NCBI GenBank assembly: GCA_001643675.2 | Contig: LSRY02000009.1 | Location: 1,798,001 to 1,862,000 of the forward strand | Direction of reading: 5' to 3' | DNA length: 64,000 nt | Source of the DNA: Monocercomonoides exilis PA203 | Lineage: Eukaryota; Protista; Preaxostyla | Shown: positions 12,656 through 26,870 of the stretch, one piece after another | Numbering within the stretch: the stretch's first letter is position 1 | How the letters are laid out: each line of letters begins with the position of its first letter | Made by a program: the position numbers and the translations under genes | The notes under the pieces: model-generated | What the model was told of the DNA's origin: nothing | Databases searched by the model: none | The model's input: only the letters and a program-made list of their open reading frames with translations

Positions 12656-13173
12656 GAAAATAAATTTTAAAAACAAAAATTTTTAATGCATATAAAATTG
12701 ATTGCAAAAACTTTCAAATATTATTTGTATAATAATTATGTAATTTTGGAAATGATTTTTGTTGTTTTCATCAAATATTTTTTATGATCGAAAGGATCAA
12801 AAGATTTATTAAACTGAAAAAATTCTTTTGCACTAATAAACGATTCAAAACACATCATCATGACATTCGTAGGTTGTTAAACTTTCCAATTATGTAATCC
12901 ACATGTTTTAACATATGTTAAATATTGATAAAAAGTAGAATTTTATGAATTATGAAATGATTAGCATTTTTTCAAATTCGCAAATAAAGAAAATTGAAAT
13001 TGTGTTGAATAACAAATTGGATTGCATCAATATAAATGCAAACAACTGGTATTTACACTTAGATCGGCTTAAAAGCATTAAAAGACAGGAAAAAATAACC
13101 GGACAATAAATGAAATTGATAGAACTTTTTTGAAAAAGATAAAAAAACAAAGAAACATGTCTTCATTATTTCA

Positions 13174-16100
13174 TTGAATAATGAACGAAATTCAATCGTC
13201 TTTCTCTTTCTATTTGGACAAGCTTCTCACACAAGCATTCCTTATTTCACAGTTGCCCGCCTGTCTGGAACATACGAAATGTTTTTCCGCTCATTCAAAT
13301 TCATCCAAGCCCAAGAAAGCATCCTCATTGCATCGCTGGGAAGAAGCATTGACATGACAAATGTTTCGATGAGCAATATTGAACCGATGCGCAAAAGCAT
13401 TGTGGAAGTATTTGCGCAGGCTGAATTGCAAGACGAGTCACAGGGATTTAATGAAGACAAAGGTCCGACAGTTCAGCTGAGATGCTGTTCCTTCGCTCAC
13501 TTCTCCTAAATATTCCTTCTGAGCAATCCGTCATCAGCTGCTCCGGCAGCAAGCCTTCCAGCGTGTCTGTGCAAAACAAGTTGATCAAGAATTGTGGAAG
13601 CAGCCAGAGCGAGAGCGGCGAAGGAATATTCATGAAATTGAGCGAAGGAGTGTATTTTGAGATCTGTTTTTCCACAATCTCAGGATGTTTCTGCTCGGCA
13701 ACTGGAAGAGGAGGCGCGATATTCCTGGACTGCTCAACAATTGCAAGCGATGGCCCTTTGCCTTTCTTCTTCAAAAATATCACATTCTTGGGGAACAAGA
13801 CTTTCAGGGGAAGAGAAGTGTTTGCGAAATGCTCCAACATCAAATCGCAAATAAGCTGCGAGCTCTTCCAGCTTGACTTCAGACCTCCCTTTGTTTGGGA
13901 GCATGCTATGTGTGTGCTCTGCAACTAACTATTGAGACGAGCAAGATCTCTTGCTTTCGTTGTTGAAAATCGAATTGAGATTATTTTTTCATCTTCTTCA
14001 GACGAAAACGCCTCAGATTCACTCCAGTTGTTGAGCTTTCAATGCGCCCTGCTCTTCCTTGAATATTGCATTGTCTCACATCATTCCTTCTGTTTTCAGC
14101 AACTTGCTCGTAGATGAGATTTCTCTGGTCTCTTGTGAAGCAAGTACACATGATATGACGGTCAAATCGCTGGATGAGGAAGGCGTAAGGAGGAATATTA
14201 TGCTGCACAGCAGCATTGATAGCAAGGCGAGCAGTCTCATTTCGTGCCAGTTCAGAGTCAAAATCGAATTTCTTTCGTTTTTGTTTGGAAGAGTTTTTTC
14301 TTCTCTGCACTCCAGTTTATTTCCGCTGACTGATGGAAACTTGTCGATTGCAGACTCAATTTTGCTCAAGAAGTTTCTGGTGGAGGATCTGAAATTGAAC
14401 TGAATTGCTCGATTGTTGAAATGAGTGGTGGAAGATTGACGATGTCTGACTGTACTTTTGCTGGCCTCCATCTCAGTTCTTCATGCCTGGCAGCAAGTTG
14501 TGGTCAATATTTCTCGTGTGCATTTCTGAATTTCGCAGATGTTATATCTGGAGTGCTGTTGAATTTCCACAATCTGGCAAAGCTGTTCATGCGGCAGGTG
14601 CATGCATCCAATTGCAGCGCTCAGCGATCAGGCCTCATTCTTCGCAACTGAAATGACTCCCAGCTTCAGAACATTCAGATGAGAGGAACTCAGAGTGGAT
14701 CAAACATGATTGTGCTTTCCTCAGATGGTTCAGGAGTCCATTCAAACAATTAATGAATTAATTTGGAATTCGATGATACACATGTGTCAAGGGAATCTTT
14801 TGTTTCTGTCGGATGCCAAGATACAAACATCGAGATGAATTTCTTGGCTATTTCAAACACAATTCTTGGAGAAGGATGAGCAGTGAGTGTGGCATCAAAT
14901 GCGTCGACATTCCGGATAAGGCAGTCATCATATCAAACTGTTACCCGAGATTCGCTTATCCTGTGCTGTTTTGCATCTTAAACTTCGTCCTTGTTGCTGG
15001 AATTGGAGAACTGCTCAGACAAGAAGTGTGATTCGCACACTGAAAAAGGTTGCATTGCAGCGTTGGCAGATTTGGTGGATGCTTGCACGTCTTCGAGTGT
15101 GTTTGATGGAGTAACAGGAGCGCAACAGTTTGTGTACATACGAAGATAGTTTCGAATATCTGTGCAAGTGGAGCGGTTTTATGGTTGATATTCAGAATTG
15201 CTTGGGAAGGATAATAGATACGAGTGTTGCTAACTCTTCAAAAGATGGGTTCCTGTGTTCTGTTGAAGCGCCTGTGTGCAATTTGTATTATTTGTCAACA
15301 ACAGCCGAGTGCAGTGGGTTATCCGTTCATAAGGAACAACATCACCTGCTCTGGTCATGCGCTTCTGAATATTCAAATCCCAAAAGTCAGGGATCGATTT
15401 CTTCCGAACATTTCGTTTTGGATTTCCACCAGTTACACCAAAAATTATTCAAAATCGAAAAACTTTCAATCGAAATCGAAAAACTTCCAAACAAAGTCGA
15501 AAAACTTTCAAACAAAGTCGTAAGTTCGAAAAACTTCAAATTTTCAAAAAGATGACAAAAATTAATACAAGTCAAAAAACATTGTTTTTGTTGAAATATC
15601 AATCACATTAGTAAATAAAATGATTTTTCATCTTTTTTCCGGTGTCTTTCTTTGCTTTCTTTTGACCAATTACAAATTTAAAATTATGAGAGAAATTCTG
15701 ACATATTTTTATCTCATTTCAGTTGAAAGCACTCTTCTTCACAAAAAAAAATTTACTTTCGAAAATTTTAATTTTTTTCCTATTTTATGTAGAATGAAGA
15801 ATCCATTATTGACTCTCTTATTTAATGTTTTTTCATCACAAACAACTCATTTCTTATTGAAGGAAACAAATGTCCAGAGATGTGTTTTGAGTTTATTTTT
15901 GAATTAATTTTGGTTCGAAATCTTCAAAATTTGCAGAAATCAACAACACAAACATTGCTGATAATATTTTCAAAAACAAAAGAATATTTTTGTCTTTTGT
16001 GGAAAACTTTTTATTTCACGTTTATTTTTTTTGTGAAATTTTCGACTTTGTTTGAAAGTTTTTCGATTTCGATTGAAAGTTTTTCGATTTCGTTTGCAAC

Positions 16101-16930
16101 TTTTTCGACTTTGAATAATAATTTTCGACTTTGAATGAAACTTTTTCGACTTCGAATGAAAACTTTCGACTTTGAATGAAAGTTTTTTAACTTTGAATAA
16201 TAATTTTCGATTTCGTTTGAAAGTTTTTCGACTTTGGTTGAAAGTTTTTCGATTTTGATTGAAAGTTTTTCGACTTTGAATTATTTTTGGTGTAGAGATC
16301 ATGATAAAAATGCCTTCAGAAAGAGCATCCCGTTCTTTATCCCGCAGCAAAATTCAGTGATATTTTGTTAAGAAGGCAATGCCATTTCCCTGGATCTCGT
16401 TATCTCTTCGTTCATTCCTTGATACTAGCTCCTCCAGATTGATTTTGTCAATGAACCCCTCTACAAACTTAAAAATATCCGCTGTAAGTTTAACTTTCAG
16501 AAAATGAAACTGTAATCCATGTTGTCATCTCAGCCTCAATCGCGACTTCCGTATCCAACAATACTGAAGTAGCTGCAAGCATCATGGAAAAAAAGCTCAA
16601 AAACAGTTGCATCAACTGCACAATTTCTTTTGTGGAACAGCAACGAAGTTTAATTAAAAACGATGAAAGAATTGCTGAAGGAAGAAGAGAAAGAAAACCG
16701 TCTCGACCACAGATTGCGACTGTTATAACAACAATTATTCTTCAGATTCTTTTGATTGGATTTATTATGTTTATTGCTTGTTGGAAGAAGGCTTCGAATG
16801 GAGCGGAAGATTTGAAACAGGTTGTTGATGACACAATAAAGAAGGATCCAAAGGCATATGAATGTTGAATACAGAGAAATCTCCAGATTATCAATGGGGA
16901 AAAGCGTGAAAGAATGCAGTCAAGCAAAAT
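13174..16930 (+). pseudogene. Decayed type I membrane surface-protein gene (GGAI/beta-helix ectodomain, TM helix), interrupted by a MITE
   Basis: Fragments: GEGIFMKLSEG, CSATGRGGAIFLDC, FLGNKTFRG, MSGGRLTMSDCTF, CKWSGFMVDIQNC, and TM IATVITTIILQILLIGFIMFIACWKK followed by IKKDPKAYE. Many stops and frameshifts. Same style as 58922-62991. Confidence 0.75.
15436..16292. mobile_element. 857-bp non-autonomous TIR element (MITE) with CACC...GGTG ends, TA duplication and 21-bp subterminal repeats
   Basis: Left TA|caccaaaaattattcaaaatcg and right cgactttgaattatttttggtg|TA. Arrays of tcgaaaaactttcaa units are inverted at the two ends. Removing the element plus one TA restores the host frame FHQL-EIMIKMPS. 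Confidence 0.88.
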
Positions 16931-17419
16931 ATTGAGAGAATTTGTGGAAAAAAAATCGATAAATGGATGCGTAATTTATTCAGTCAACGGAGAAAGTGGA
17001 GAAAGAGAAAACACACCAATCTATCTATTCGAATGAGCGCTTCAGAAATATATGCATTGTTTGTTGCACATTACTCCACAAACATCAATTGAAGCAAATT
17101 TTTGTTAAAGATTTTTAATTACGTGATGATCACATTTTTTGTTAATGAGAAAAAACAGGACTTGATATTGAGAATAAAATTATCTTATCATTCATTTCAA
17201 GCTTCTTTTATCAAATAAAATCTTCTTTTAACATGTCTCAAATTTTGTTTGAGAATATTGAAAAATCACAATTAATTTGGATTTTTAATTTATTTTGTTG
17301 ATGAAGTGAAATATAAAACGAAAAAATATTATAATTAGTGTTTACCATTTTTTCATAAAAACTTTATTTAAGTGTATCGCACTTTATTCAAGTGTCGCTT
17401 CAACCATTTAAAATAACAT

Positions 17420-17520
17420 GACATCATTTAAGAAAAACCCAGTTCATTCAAATAAGTTGAATTTATTCAAATAAAAAAATTCTATTCACAATTCATCTAT
17501 TCTTTAAATGATTTATGAAT
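17420..17520. repeat. Right member of the inverted-repeat pair with 12500-12655
   Basis: agttcattcaaataag...aaattctattcacaattcatcta is an imperfect reverse complement of 12520-12580. Confidence 0.6.
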
Positions 17521-20492
17521 AAAAGTGAAAAATTAAATTGTGAAAAATTGCAAACCTGTGAATTATTTTGCGACAAATATTTTCTGCTCTTTTGCCTTTG
17601 AACCAAAATTCTCAGAAACATTCGAAGAAGAGTGATCAAACATTTTGATTCTTCTTGAAATTTTTTTTCATTCGAATTTCAAATGGATTCATGCATGCAT
17701 TCATTTGCATCTGCCGCAGCAACAGTTGAGCGAGTGAGTGTGAGTGAGTGAGTGTGTGTGCGTGCGTAATGAATGAATAACCTTTTGAAGATGGCAAATG
17801 TGTTGGGAAATGTCTTTTGGTGTGGCAGAAGACAAGTGAATGACAAGAACCATTCACTTTCTGGCGCAACATAAAAGAAGAAGAAGAAGGAGGAGGAGGA
17901 GGAAGGAGGAAGAAGAAAAAGAATTTGAAGGTTTAACAGCAAAAGGAGTGGGCGGAGGAGGAAGCAGGAGGAGGAGGAGGAGGAGGAAGAGAAGAAGAAG
18001 AAGTTGATGAGGGAAGAGAAGATGAAAGAGAAGAAGAAGAATTTGAAGAAGAAGAAGAAGAAGGTGAAGAAGATAAAGATAATGGTGAAGAATATGAAGA
18101 ATGCAAAGAGGATGAATATTTCTAATATTTCTATTGATTTTTGATGATTTGCCTTCGCTGATGGCTTTCTCATTGAACATTTCGTATTTCCCTTCAAATT
18201 CTTCAACCAATTTTCATTTTATTCTTTTTCTGTATCTTTTTCATTTTCTCCGGCTCTCAAAATTTCTCCGTTTCTTTCTTTTTTTTAATTTCTCCGCTTA
18301 TTTTCTTTATCTTCATCAACTTTTATTTCTCCGTCCCTCTCTTTTTCTATTTCTCCGTTTCTTCTTCTTCTTCTTCCTCCTCTTCTTCCTCTTCATCCTC
18401 TTTCTCCTCCAGCTGCTCTTTCTCCAAATCCACCACAAAGCACCCGTCCTTCCCTTCCTTTCCCTCCTCTTTCTCTTTCTCTTTCTTTCTTTCTTTCTTT
18501 CTTTATAATTTTTTTCCCTTCCTTTTTGTTCTTTCTTCATTATTCTTTTTCGTCGTCTTATTCTTTTTCCTTTTTCGTGATCTGTTCTTTCAATCTTCTC
18601 CACTCCCTCTCTTAACAACCTGATATCTCTGATCTCCTCTTCTCCTCCCTCTTCTCTCTCTTCTCTTCCCTCTTCTCCTTTTCCCCACTCCGCATGCATC
18701 TGCAGGATTTGCCTCTCTTTCTCGTCTCTTTCTCGTCTCTTTCCTTCCATTTGGATTCCTTCCAGCTGTTTTCTGAATGATTCATCGATTCAGATGGAAG
18801 GAAACAAGACAAACACTTTCAAAAGGCAAACGTTGTCAAAAGCTCAATGAAACAAACAAGATGAATGTGAGCCCATTCACAAAGCGATTGAATGCTGCTT
18901 CAGATGGAATTGTTGAGAAGCTGCAAGAAGAAACAGTTTTTTAGCGAAGGTTCATAAAAGTTTGAAAACAAATCAGAAAATTCAAAAAAGAAGAGAAAGA
19001 AAATAGAAAAAGAAATAAAAGATGGAAAAAAAAAACGCATTTATAAATGAGGCAATACCTTCTTTTTTAAAAAAATCGTCTTTTCTTCTCTCTGATTGAA
19101 GTTGCTTGTCTTTTATCATTTATTTACATCAGTTTATTTTTATTCACCGAAGGATAAAGAGTATCTGTGCAACACAAAAACAGAAAGAAAAGGAAAAAAC
19201 AAAAGCGAAAATAAGAAATTGTAATTGCCCAAAAAGAATGAGTAATTTTTTTTTATTTTTATGATTTCTTTCTTTCTTTCTTTTTCTTTAATATTTTTTT
19301 TTACAAAAAAATTAATATCAAAATATGACTTTATTTGGATAACACACCTCAATTTGAACAGATACTTCAATTGCAGTCTGTTCTGTCTTGTCGGACTCAT
19401 TTCGGAATCGCTCGTATTGTTTTCGCCTTTGCTACGAAGTCCATACCGAAATCGGTGAATCAACAATAATCATCAAATCAACCCAAAATGATGTATTTTC
19501 CAAAAAAAGGTAACAAGTGTCTTTGCAGAAAAATACACGTCAAGTGGTAACACCATGAAGTTTTTAATAGATTTAAACGTACTCAAAATTCCGCATGAGC
19601 TTGGTTCCGCATATTGCATTAATCTTCCTTCACCATCTCGAATTCTTTCATCTTCGCATAACCTCAAAATCTTTTAGAAAAATCTCTTTCAATGCTCGAT
19701 TCACAATGTTGTCCATTGTTGTCTTGATAAATTCTCTCATGCGTTGAATTATCATGAGCCCAATCATCAAAAAACTGCGAATTGTTGAAAGCTTGATTCC
19801 TTCCATCAATTTTCCTTCATCCTGAATAGCCCACTCAAGAAAGGAACAAATAACAAAATCATCCTGATATCTCAAAACTTTTCTCAACACATTATATTTG
19901 AAACATTCACAGAAACCAGCAAACACTCTGAAATTACAGAAAAAATCATTTCGATGAAGCAAAGCTTCCAGATAACTCTAAAGGTAATCATCAAAAAAGA
20001 AATTCAAATGTTCATATTTAAATTTAAAGGAGCGCTGAAGCGTATGGATGATTAAGTGTCAAACTTTTCTCTTTTGTCTCTTCTTTGAAAAGTTCTTTAA
20101 AATGCTTTATTGTATCTTCTTCATGCGGCTCAGAATATTTAAATGGAAATTATTTTTATTCTAATGGCTTAAGCATTCATCTTTAAATATGTGGAAAATT
20201 TTTCAATTCATTGAAGATTCCATTCGAAATTCAATCCAGATCTTTTGAATAAATTATTGTTGGTTCGATCAGATGGAAATTAAACTTTTTCGTATTTAGC
20301 AAAATACTGCCAATACAGTTGGCTTCTTTGTGATTTATTTTTTCACACAGATTTTTACAAGACAAAGGAATTGAGTTTGACAATCATATTTTAATTTTGT
20401 CAATTATCAACAATGTTTGTTTTACTGTTTGTTTTTCTGTTTGTTTTTTGTTTTATATTTGAAGTTTTGCTGCAAATTAATCTTTGCTTATA

Positions 20493-21167
20493 ATGAACAG
20501 AATGGATATGTGTGATGAAGATAAATTCAATGATGATGTTCAGGAGCTATCCTTTGGAGGAAAGTTTTTACGTTTGTGAATTTTTTCAATTTTTTGAATG
20601 TTCAGCACTTTCGGTAATTAATAAATTGATTAAAGGTTTGTTTTCTGAGCTTGAGCGCTGCGGTGAAATTGAACAGAAGCAGAAAATCGGGGAAATGAAT
20701 GAAATAATTGATGGAATGAATAAAGTAGAATGGAAATCCGTTTTCAAGGCAGAACTGTTTGATGAAATTCACACAATGGTTAAAGAAAAGAAAATGTCAA
20801 TGGAAAATGCAATTTTGCTGCTGAAGCATGCTGGATATTGCAAAGCGCTGAAAAACGTGTGGAGTCTTGGCTTTAATGATTCTGAAATGAGAAGAAGATT
20901 TGAGAAGATGATTTTTGAAGAAGCGAAGAAGAAAGAAGAAGAAAAAGAAAAGCTTATTATTGATCTTTGCGAATGCTATATTTCTCTGAGCTATGATTTC
21001 CCACATGAATCATTATCGATTTGTATGCCTTGTCTCCTAAAAGTTGCGTTGAATGAAGAGGAAAATGAGAAACTCAAAAGGAAAAGGAAATGACTCTTTT
21101 GGAATTGAGTTGCATTTACTCACATTATGTTTAAACATTTTTATTTTATTTTTAACGTTTTTGAATT

Positions 21168-21199
<32 letters not shown>

Positions 21200-21960
21200 C
21201 TGATTAGGAAATTGAACAAAAACAGTATTTGAATGAAATCAAAGATATTATTCAATATCATCAGGAGCGTCACAATCTTTCACGACTTGCCTATCAATCT
21301 GCTTGGATGATTTTGATAAAAAGATTTATCAGAAACAAAAGCTATGAAGTCATAGTGAATGAACTGCATTTCGCAAGAGAAGCATCAAGAGAATTGGAAG
21401 AGTTGTCGAAATGTGTGGATTGGAAGAGAAAAGAAGAAGTAAATGGAAGAATAGAATTGATAATAATCAGGAGATGGCTCAATAATACTGCTTATTACCT
21501 TCAATTATTCAGATTGTGGAACGAAGAACTTGCTAGACTCATCGGCTGCATTGTTCAGGTGTTTCGCGCATCAAGGTGCGGATTTGAAGAAATTCGCAAT
21601 GGATGCCTCTTTTCACTTAAATATGCAGCAGAAAAGAGAAACATGGAAATTGATGCTTTTGTGAAGGAAGGTGCTGTTGATCTCTTTTTGGAGGAAATGA
21701 AGCAATCAACTTTGAAAGATAACATTATAAGAAATTTTTTGAATATCCTTTTGAATTTTTCAAGGCAAATGAAAGCCAAGAAGAATAATGAAATGGAAGA
21801 AGCGAAAAGAAAGGCAATAAAAATGGAGATATATGAAAAGATGGAAGAAGAAGGATACGAAGATACAATCACATGCTTTCATGGAATATTTTCTTTTCTA
21901 TGCAAAAATGGTTGCAATGAATTATCGATGGATATTTCTGAATATTTTGTCAATGTTTAA
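20493..21960 (+). pseudogene. Helical family copy 3 with a single 1-nt deletion (~21070); pseudogene or sequencing error. Exons 20493-20571, 20636-21128, 21208-21960
   Basis: Same two introns. Exon 2 is 493 nt versus 494 nt in intact copies. Adding one base at gagaaactc restores ENExTQKEKEMTLLELS. Confidence 0.8.
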
Positions 21961-22103
21961 CTTAATTCAATTCTTTTTATTTTTACACTCAAAAAACTGT
22001 CTTTTGCAATTTCCGTCATTTCACAAAATTCCAAAAAAAATTAATTGAAGAATTTTTATAAATGTTTTTTATTTCCTTTTTCAATAATAAAAAAGAATAA
22101 TCG

Positions 22104-22170
<67 letters not shown>
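22104..22170. repeat. Poly(A) tract (~67 nt)
   Basis: Read directly from the sequence. Confidence 0.95.
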
Positions 22171-22172
<2 letters not shown>

Positions 22173-25100
22173 ATTTTTATCTTATAGATTATTTTCATCA
22201 AAAATCTTTTTTTGAACGAATTGTTGCTCTCAATCTTTTTCAAATAGATTCACTTTTTCATGAAAATTCATATGTTCGGTTATTTCCTCTGGAAGTCTCT
22301 GATTAATTTTGATTTTTCTCTTTCTCTCTGCAAATTCAATCAACTCGAAAAGAGAAGAAGAAGAAATGAAATGACAATTCTTGAGAAGAATGCAAAAGCA
22401 TTAATGAAGAAATGCTTGTTGAAGAATACAGATTTCAACTTCATGAGTTCTATATGTAATATGGCTGGAAAAGAATCCAATCCAATGCTTCAATTCAGAA
22501 TGGGAATGACAGAACAAGTCAATCAGAATTAATTGCTCTTCACATTCTTCTCTTTTTTGTTCAGTCTTTCATATTTCTTAATTCTTTTTCTTTTCTTTTG
22601 TCTTCCTTCGCTTTTCTCTTCATTCCTTTTATCTCTTCTTCTTGAATAAGGAAACTTGTCTCATTCATTCATCTCAAAATGTAATTCTTCAAAATCCATT
22701 CTTCCAAATCCCCTTTCTTCTCAAGCCCAATACAAATGCAATGCATTCCTTCAAATTCAACACCTTTCATAATGGCTTGCTGAGAATGAATTGAAAAGAT
22801 GAAAGATAATAATCCATGACATTGATGCAAATTGTTGATGTATTCAATGGAAAAGTCTTCCTTTGCCTTTTCCCATTCGTTCTCCAATAATTCTGTTTTC
22901 ATAAACATTCAAAATGAAGAAGAAGAAGAAGAAGAAACTCTGTTTGAAATTCTCATGCTTTTTTTTGATTATTACGATAGAAGAATAAGAAGAACGAAGA
23001 AATATCAGTTGTGGAGTGTTTCATGTTTGTTGATGGCTTGTTGTGAAGAATTTGAAACAAAATGAGTTTTTGGAAAAAGGTGATGAAGAAGATGAACAAT
23101 GATGATTTTGGTCGAAAGAGATGAGCTTCAAGAGAGATAAAAATTGAACGAGAAATCAGCAGCAGAATTGACAGATGGATGAAATGTTGAAAAATAAATC
23201 AGTGAGTGGGGATGTTGGTTAAATTGCCGAAGAAGATGAAGATGAAGAGAATGAAGAAACAAATGCCATTTGATATTCAATGTCTGCCTTCTGCTTCAAA
23301 TGTCCCACAAAATGAATTCCAAATCAAATAGTAGTTCTGTCAGAACATGATAATAATTCTCCAAACAAAAACTCAATGAAAAGGAAGTGCCAAATCCATT
23401 TCTGTGAAAGTGACTTGTCTCTCTTTTCGGTTGGACTGATTTCCTAGTCTCCCATGTGTAATTTTGTAAATCTTTAGCCATCTTCTCTTTGTTTCATTCA
23501 TCTGGTTGATATGAAGGTCAAAAACGTTTTCCAAAAGAGAGTTTACAAAATAGAAGCCTTTTCGAGCAATGCTCAAAAAGAATTGATTTTAATCAGATTC
23601 GCTCAATTTTCGCTTATTCCGCATCCCAAAGAAGGAAGAAGATGAAGACGAATCCAAAAAATTACTTAAAAATGTTGCTGACTCAAAAATATGAAGAAGA
23701 TGAGCAGATATTGCGAATAAAATTCCTCTCTCTGTTGGAGTGGCTTGTGGTGAAGTTGAGCTATATGAGAAGAAGTCAGCAGTATTTCCAGCAGAATACT
23801 CGGTAAGACAAGAATCACCAAAATTTGAAGCCCTGTCAGTAAAAACATTTTGTGTGTTGAATGAAACAATCATTGGCCATTGAAACATTTCTGTTGCGAC
23901 TGGCGCGCTATCAGATGGAATGATGCTGATGATGGAAAATCTTTGGTATGCGAATTTCCATAGGTTTCCTATCGATTCATCTGAACATGCAATTTCAATT
24001 CGCTTTTTTCATCCCTTTGTCTTCTCAGCCGGTTTGGTGCTCCTTGGCATCAGCTGAAATTGATGCGTTTCCTTTCTTTCTCCCTTCAACAACAATGCCG
24101 ACTCTTTCTTTTCTTCCAAAAGAAATCTCCATTTGCACCATTGGAATGGACAATAACAGATGATATTCTCCAATCTGTTGCTTCACCTGGAAAAATCGAT
24201 GCTGCATCCCATTCGGATGAAGGCCGAGTGCACCAACCATCCAACAAAGAGCGTCTCATTCCTTCTTCTCTTTTACTCTCTCTCAATTATTCATCTCCAA
24301 CTGCAAGTCTTCTTTCTTTCTTTCTTTCAAAAATATTAATAAAAAAGAAGTGATGTTTTTTTTGAACTTTATCCATGTTCAAAAAATAGACTCTTCTGCT
24401 CCGTCTGCCTGACAGAGACCAAACAATGACTTGGCCTTGCTGAAATTGAAGCTGCCCTTCGTCCAACGTACAAACCAAATGGCTTCTCAGCCTCCAACAG
24501 TCACTCTTCTCTTCTTCTTCTTCTTCTTCCTCGATGTCGAGCATCTCATCAATCGCATGGCTCACAATACTCAATGAATGCTGATTTTTTTTTCCTGTTA
24601 TTCATGTGCACCATCTCGAAAACTCTCAATGGCTCCAATTTCTCTTTCGCCCTCTGCTCACACATCTTCATTCAGCAGCTCAATGGAATTCTCCTCAAAC
24701 GCACTTCATTCATGGCTCGCACAAAATGATTGCCTCAATTCCTTCCAAAACGTACGAATTTCCAGTCATAGTCGAGGAAGAGAAAGACAGTTCCTCTTTT
24801 GACAATGTCTCCGTCCAACAAAGAAGACTCACAAACTTCGCTTCCATTTGCCTTGATTGGCGCAACAGCCCGCTGCTGTTCTTCTGCTCTGCCTTCAGCC
24901 ATTTGCATTCTCTGCTCTTTTGATGAAGATGTGCCCCTATTTGCATCCAAAATGTTCCTCACAAATTGTCCGCAGCTTCTTCAATGCAATCCAAAAACGA
25001 GCACAAAACGAGCACAAAACGCAAACAATGTGAACAATTCACATGGCTGTTGGAGACGAAGAGACAACAAAAGAGCAATTATACGATTTGTATTGCCTCT

Positions 25101-26870
25101 GACATCGGTGAGACGACAGAAAAAATAGAAGATGATGACAATAGAAGTTGGCTTCAATGAAAATTATTTCGAATGAAAGGAGCACTGATGGAGAGAAGAA
25201 GGATAAGGAAGAAGAAGAAGAAGAAAATGTTGATGAGAAAGAAAATGAAGAAGAAGAAGAAGACGAAGAAGACGAAGAAGACGAAGAAGGAGAAGAAGGA
25301 GGAGGAGGTGGTGGTGGTGGAGAAGAAGAAGAAGAAGAAGAAGAAGAGATGAAGAAGAGGAGGAAGAAGAAGAAAAAGAAAAAGAAGGGGAGTGTGATGT
25401 TTGTCACAAAATGACATGAAACGAGCCAGATGAACTCTTCAAAGGCTGTTGAATGGAGAAGGAGCAGATGAATAAACTCATTGTCAGAATTTGCAATTGT
25501 GTATGTCCACTTTTAAAGTTGAAGTGAATGCCAAGGATGGCTACGAAGGCTGGAAAGTTGGATTTCTTTCCTAAAGGTGAGTCAAAAGTGGAGAAGTCTG
25601 ATTTGTGTGTGAGTGAAAATAAGAAGAACTTCTTTCTTGTTGAAAATGAATGTAAACCAATCAATCCAATAAAAGAAATAAAACCCAATAGCAACAACAT
25701 ATAGACGATCTATTCATGTAGCAATTCGAACATTTGATGGCTATTCAAACAACAAATTTTCAAATACGAAGACGTTCTTATCATCAGCCAAATTAATAAA
25801 ATATCATCAATGAAGAAAACGAAGAAGGAGAAGAAAACTCACTGCCCACAAAAATGTTGCTTGAAATGGATTGTCTCTGGAAAGAGAGCTCAACATAAAA
25901 AAATGCTGTTGGTTGGAATGGAAAATATATATAAAATACATAAAAATAATTAGTCTTGCATGATTATAAAGATTCATCAAAAGAACACACGTGCCCTCCA
26001 TATTGCATAAGCAAAGGATTGTCAATCACTGCTGGGGTCAATCTCCTTTTCCATTGTTTCCCAGTGCTCCTTTCTCCATCATCCTTTTTTCTCCTTAAAT
26101 ATACTTCTTTCGATATTACCATCCACATTTTTTCCTGAAAAAAATATCTCCGAATTCTATTCTTTCCAAGTGCTGTTCAATTGTGAGCGTTCTTCTTTTT
26201 CATCTCATCAAAATGCTTAAAAATCGAATTTGCTTTTCCCCTGTTCAAGTTGAATATGGAAAATTGGCAATTCCCATCTACTGATTGTCTCTCGGCATCC
26301 AGCACTCTTCTGATACTCTGCTCAGAAAACCAAAGGAATGGTCATTTGAATAATTCATCAGATTCTTGGACTCTGAAAAGATGGTTTATAAAAGAATCTT
26401 CTAAAAGAACAGGAACAATAAAAAATGCAAACATCATAATTTTCAAATGTTTTTTTTTTGGATTTTGAATTTCCTTCAAAGATACTTTTCATAAAAATCA
26501 TCTCGCCCAATTCCATCATCAATTCCCCACCATCGCTGTCTCGTAACAACGCTCAAAATAATATCGCCTATCCTGCAGAAAACATCTGCTCATCGATCTC
26601 TCATTTTAACAATAAATATTTTTGTTTTTTCATATCAAATGATCTAAATATCCATAACAACAAACAAACTGAGATTAAGCGTTCTTTTTCTCTGCAATAC
26701 CTTGCCAAAAGTATTTTCATAAAAAGAGTGGTATGGGGAAAGACATTTTCCAGATAGTTTTGAAAATTTAATATTTGTCATTGTTTCTCTGTCTCGATTA
26801 TTCTTTTCATTTGGATTGATAAAAATGTTGATGACTTCCGAATGATGCATTTTGCAAAAAGTCGAAGGAA

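Noticed and set aside
16030-16285. 21-bp repeat array considered as a CRISPR array
   Set aside because: The units are tandem without unique spacers, there are no cas genes, and the context is eukaryotic. They are explained as MITE subterminal repeats.
19473-20100. Minus-strand ORF fragments as a possible transposase remnant
   Set aside because: I could not support any catalytic motif or termini.
22300-26760. Patchwork of short ORFs on both strands
   Set aside because: Probably decayed or intron-split genes, but no consistent frame, strand or domain could be established by eye.
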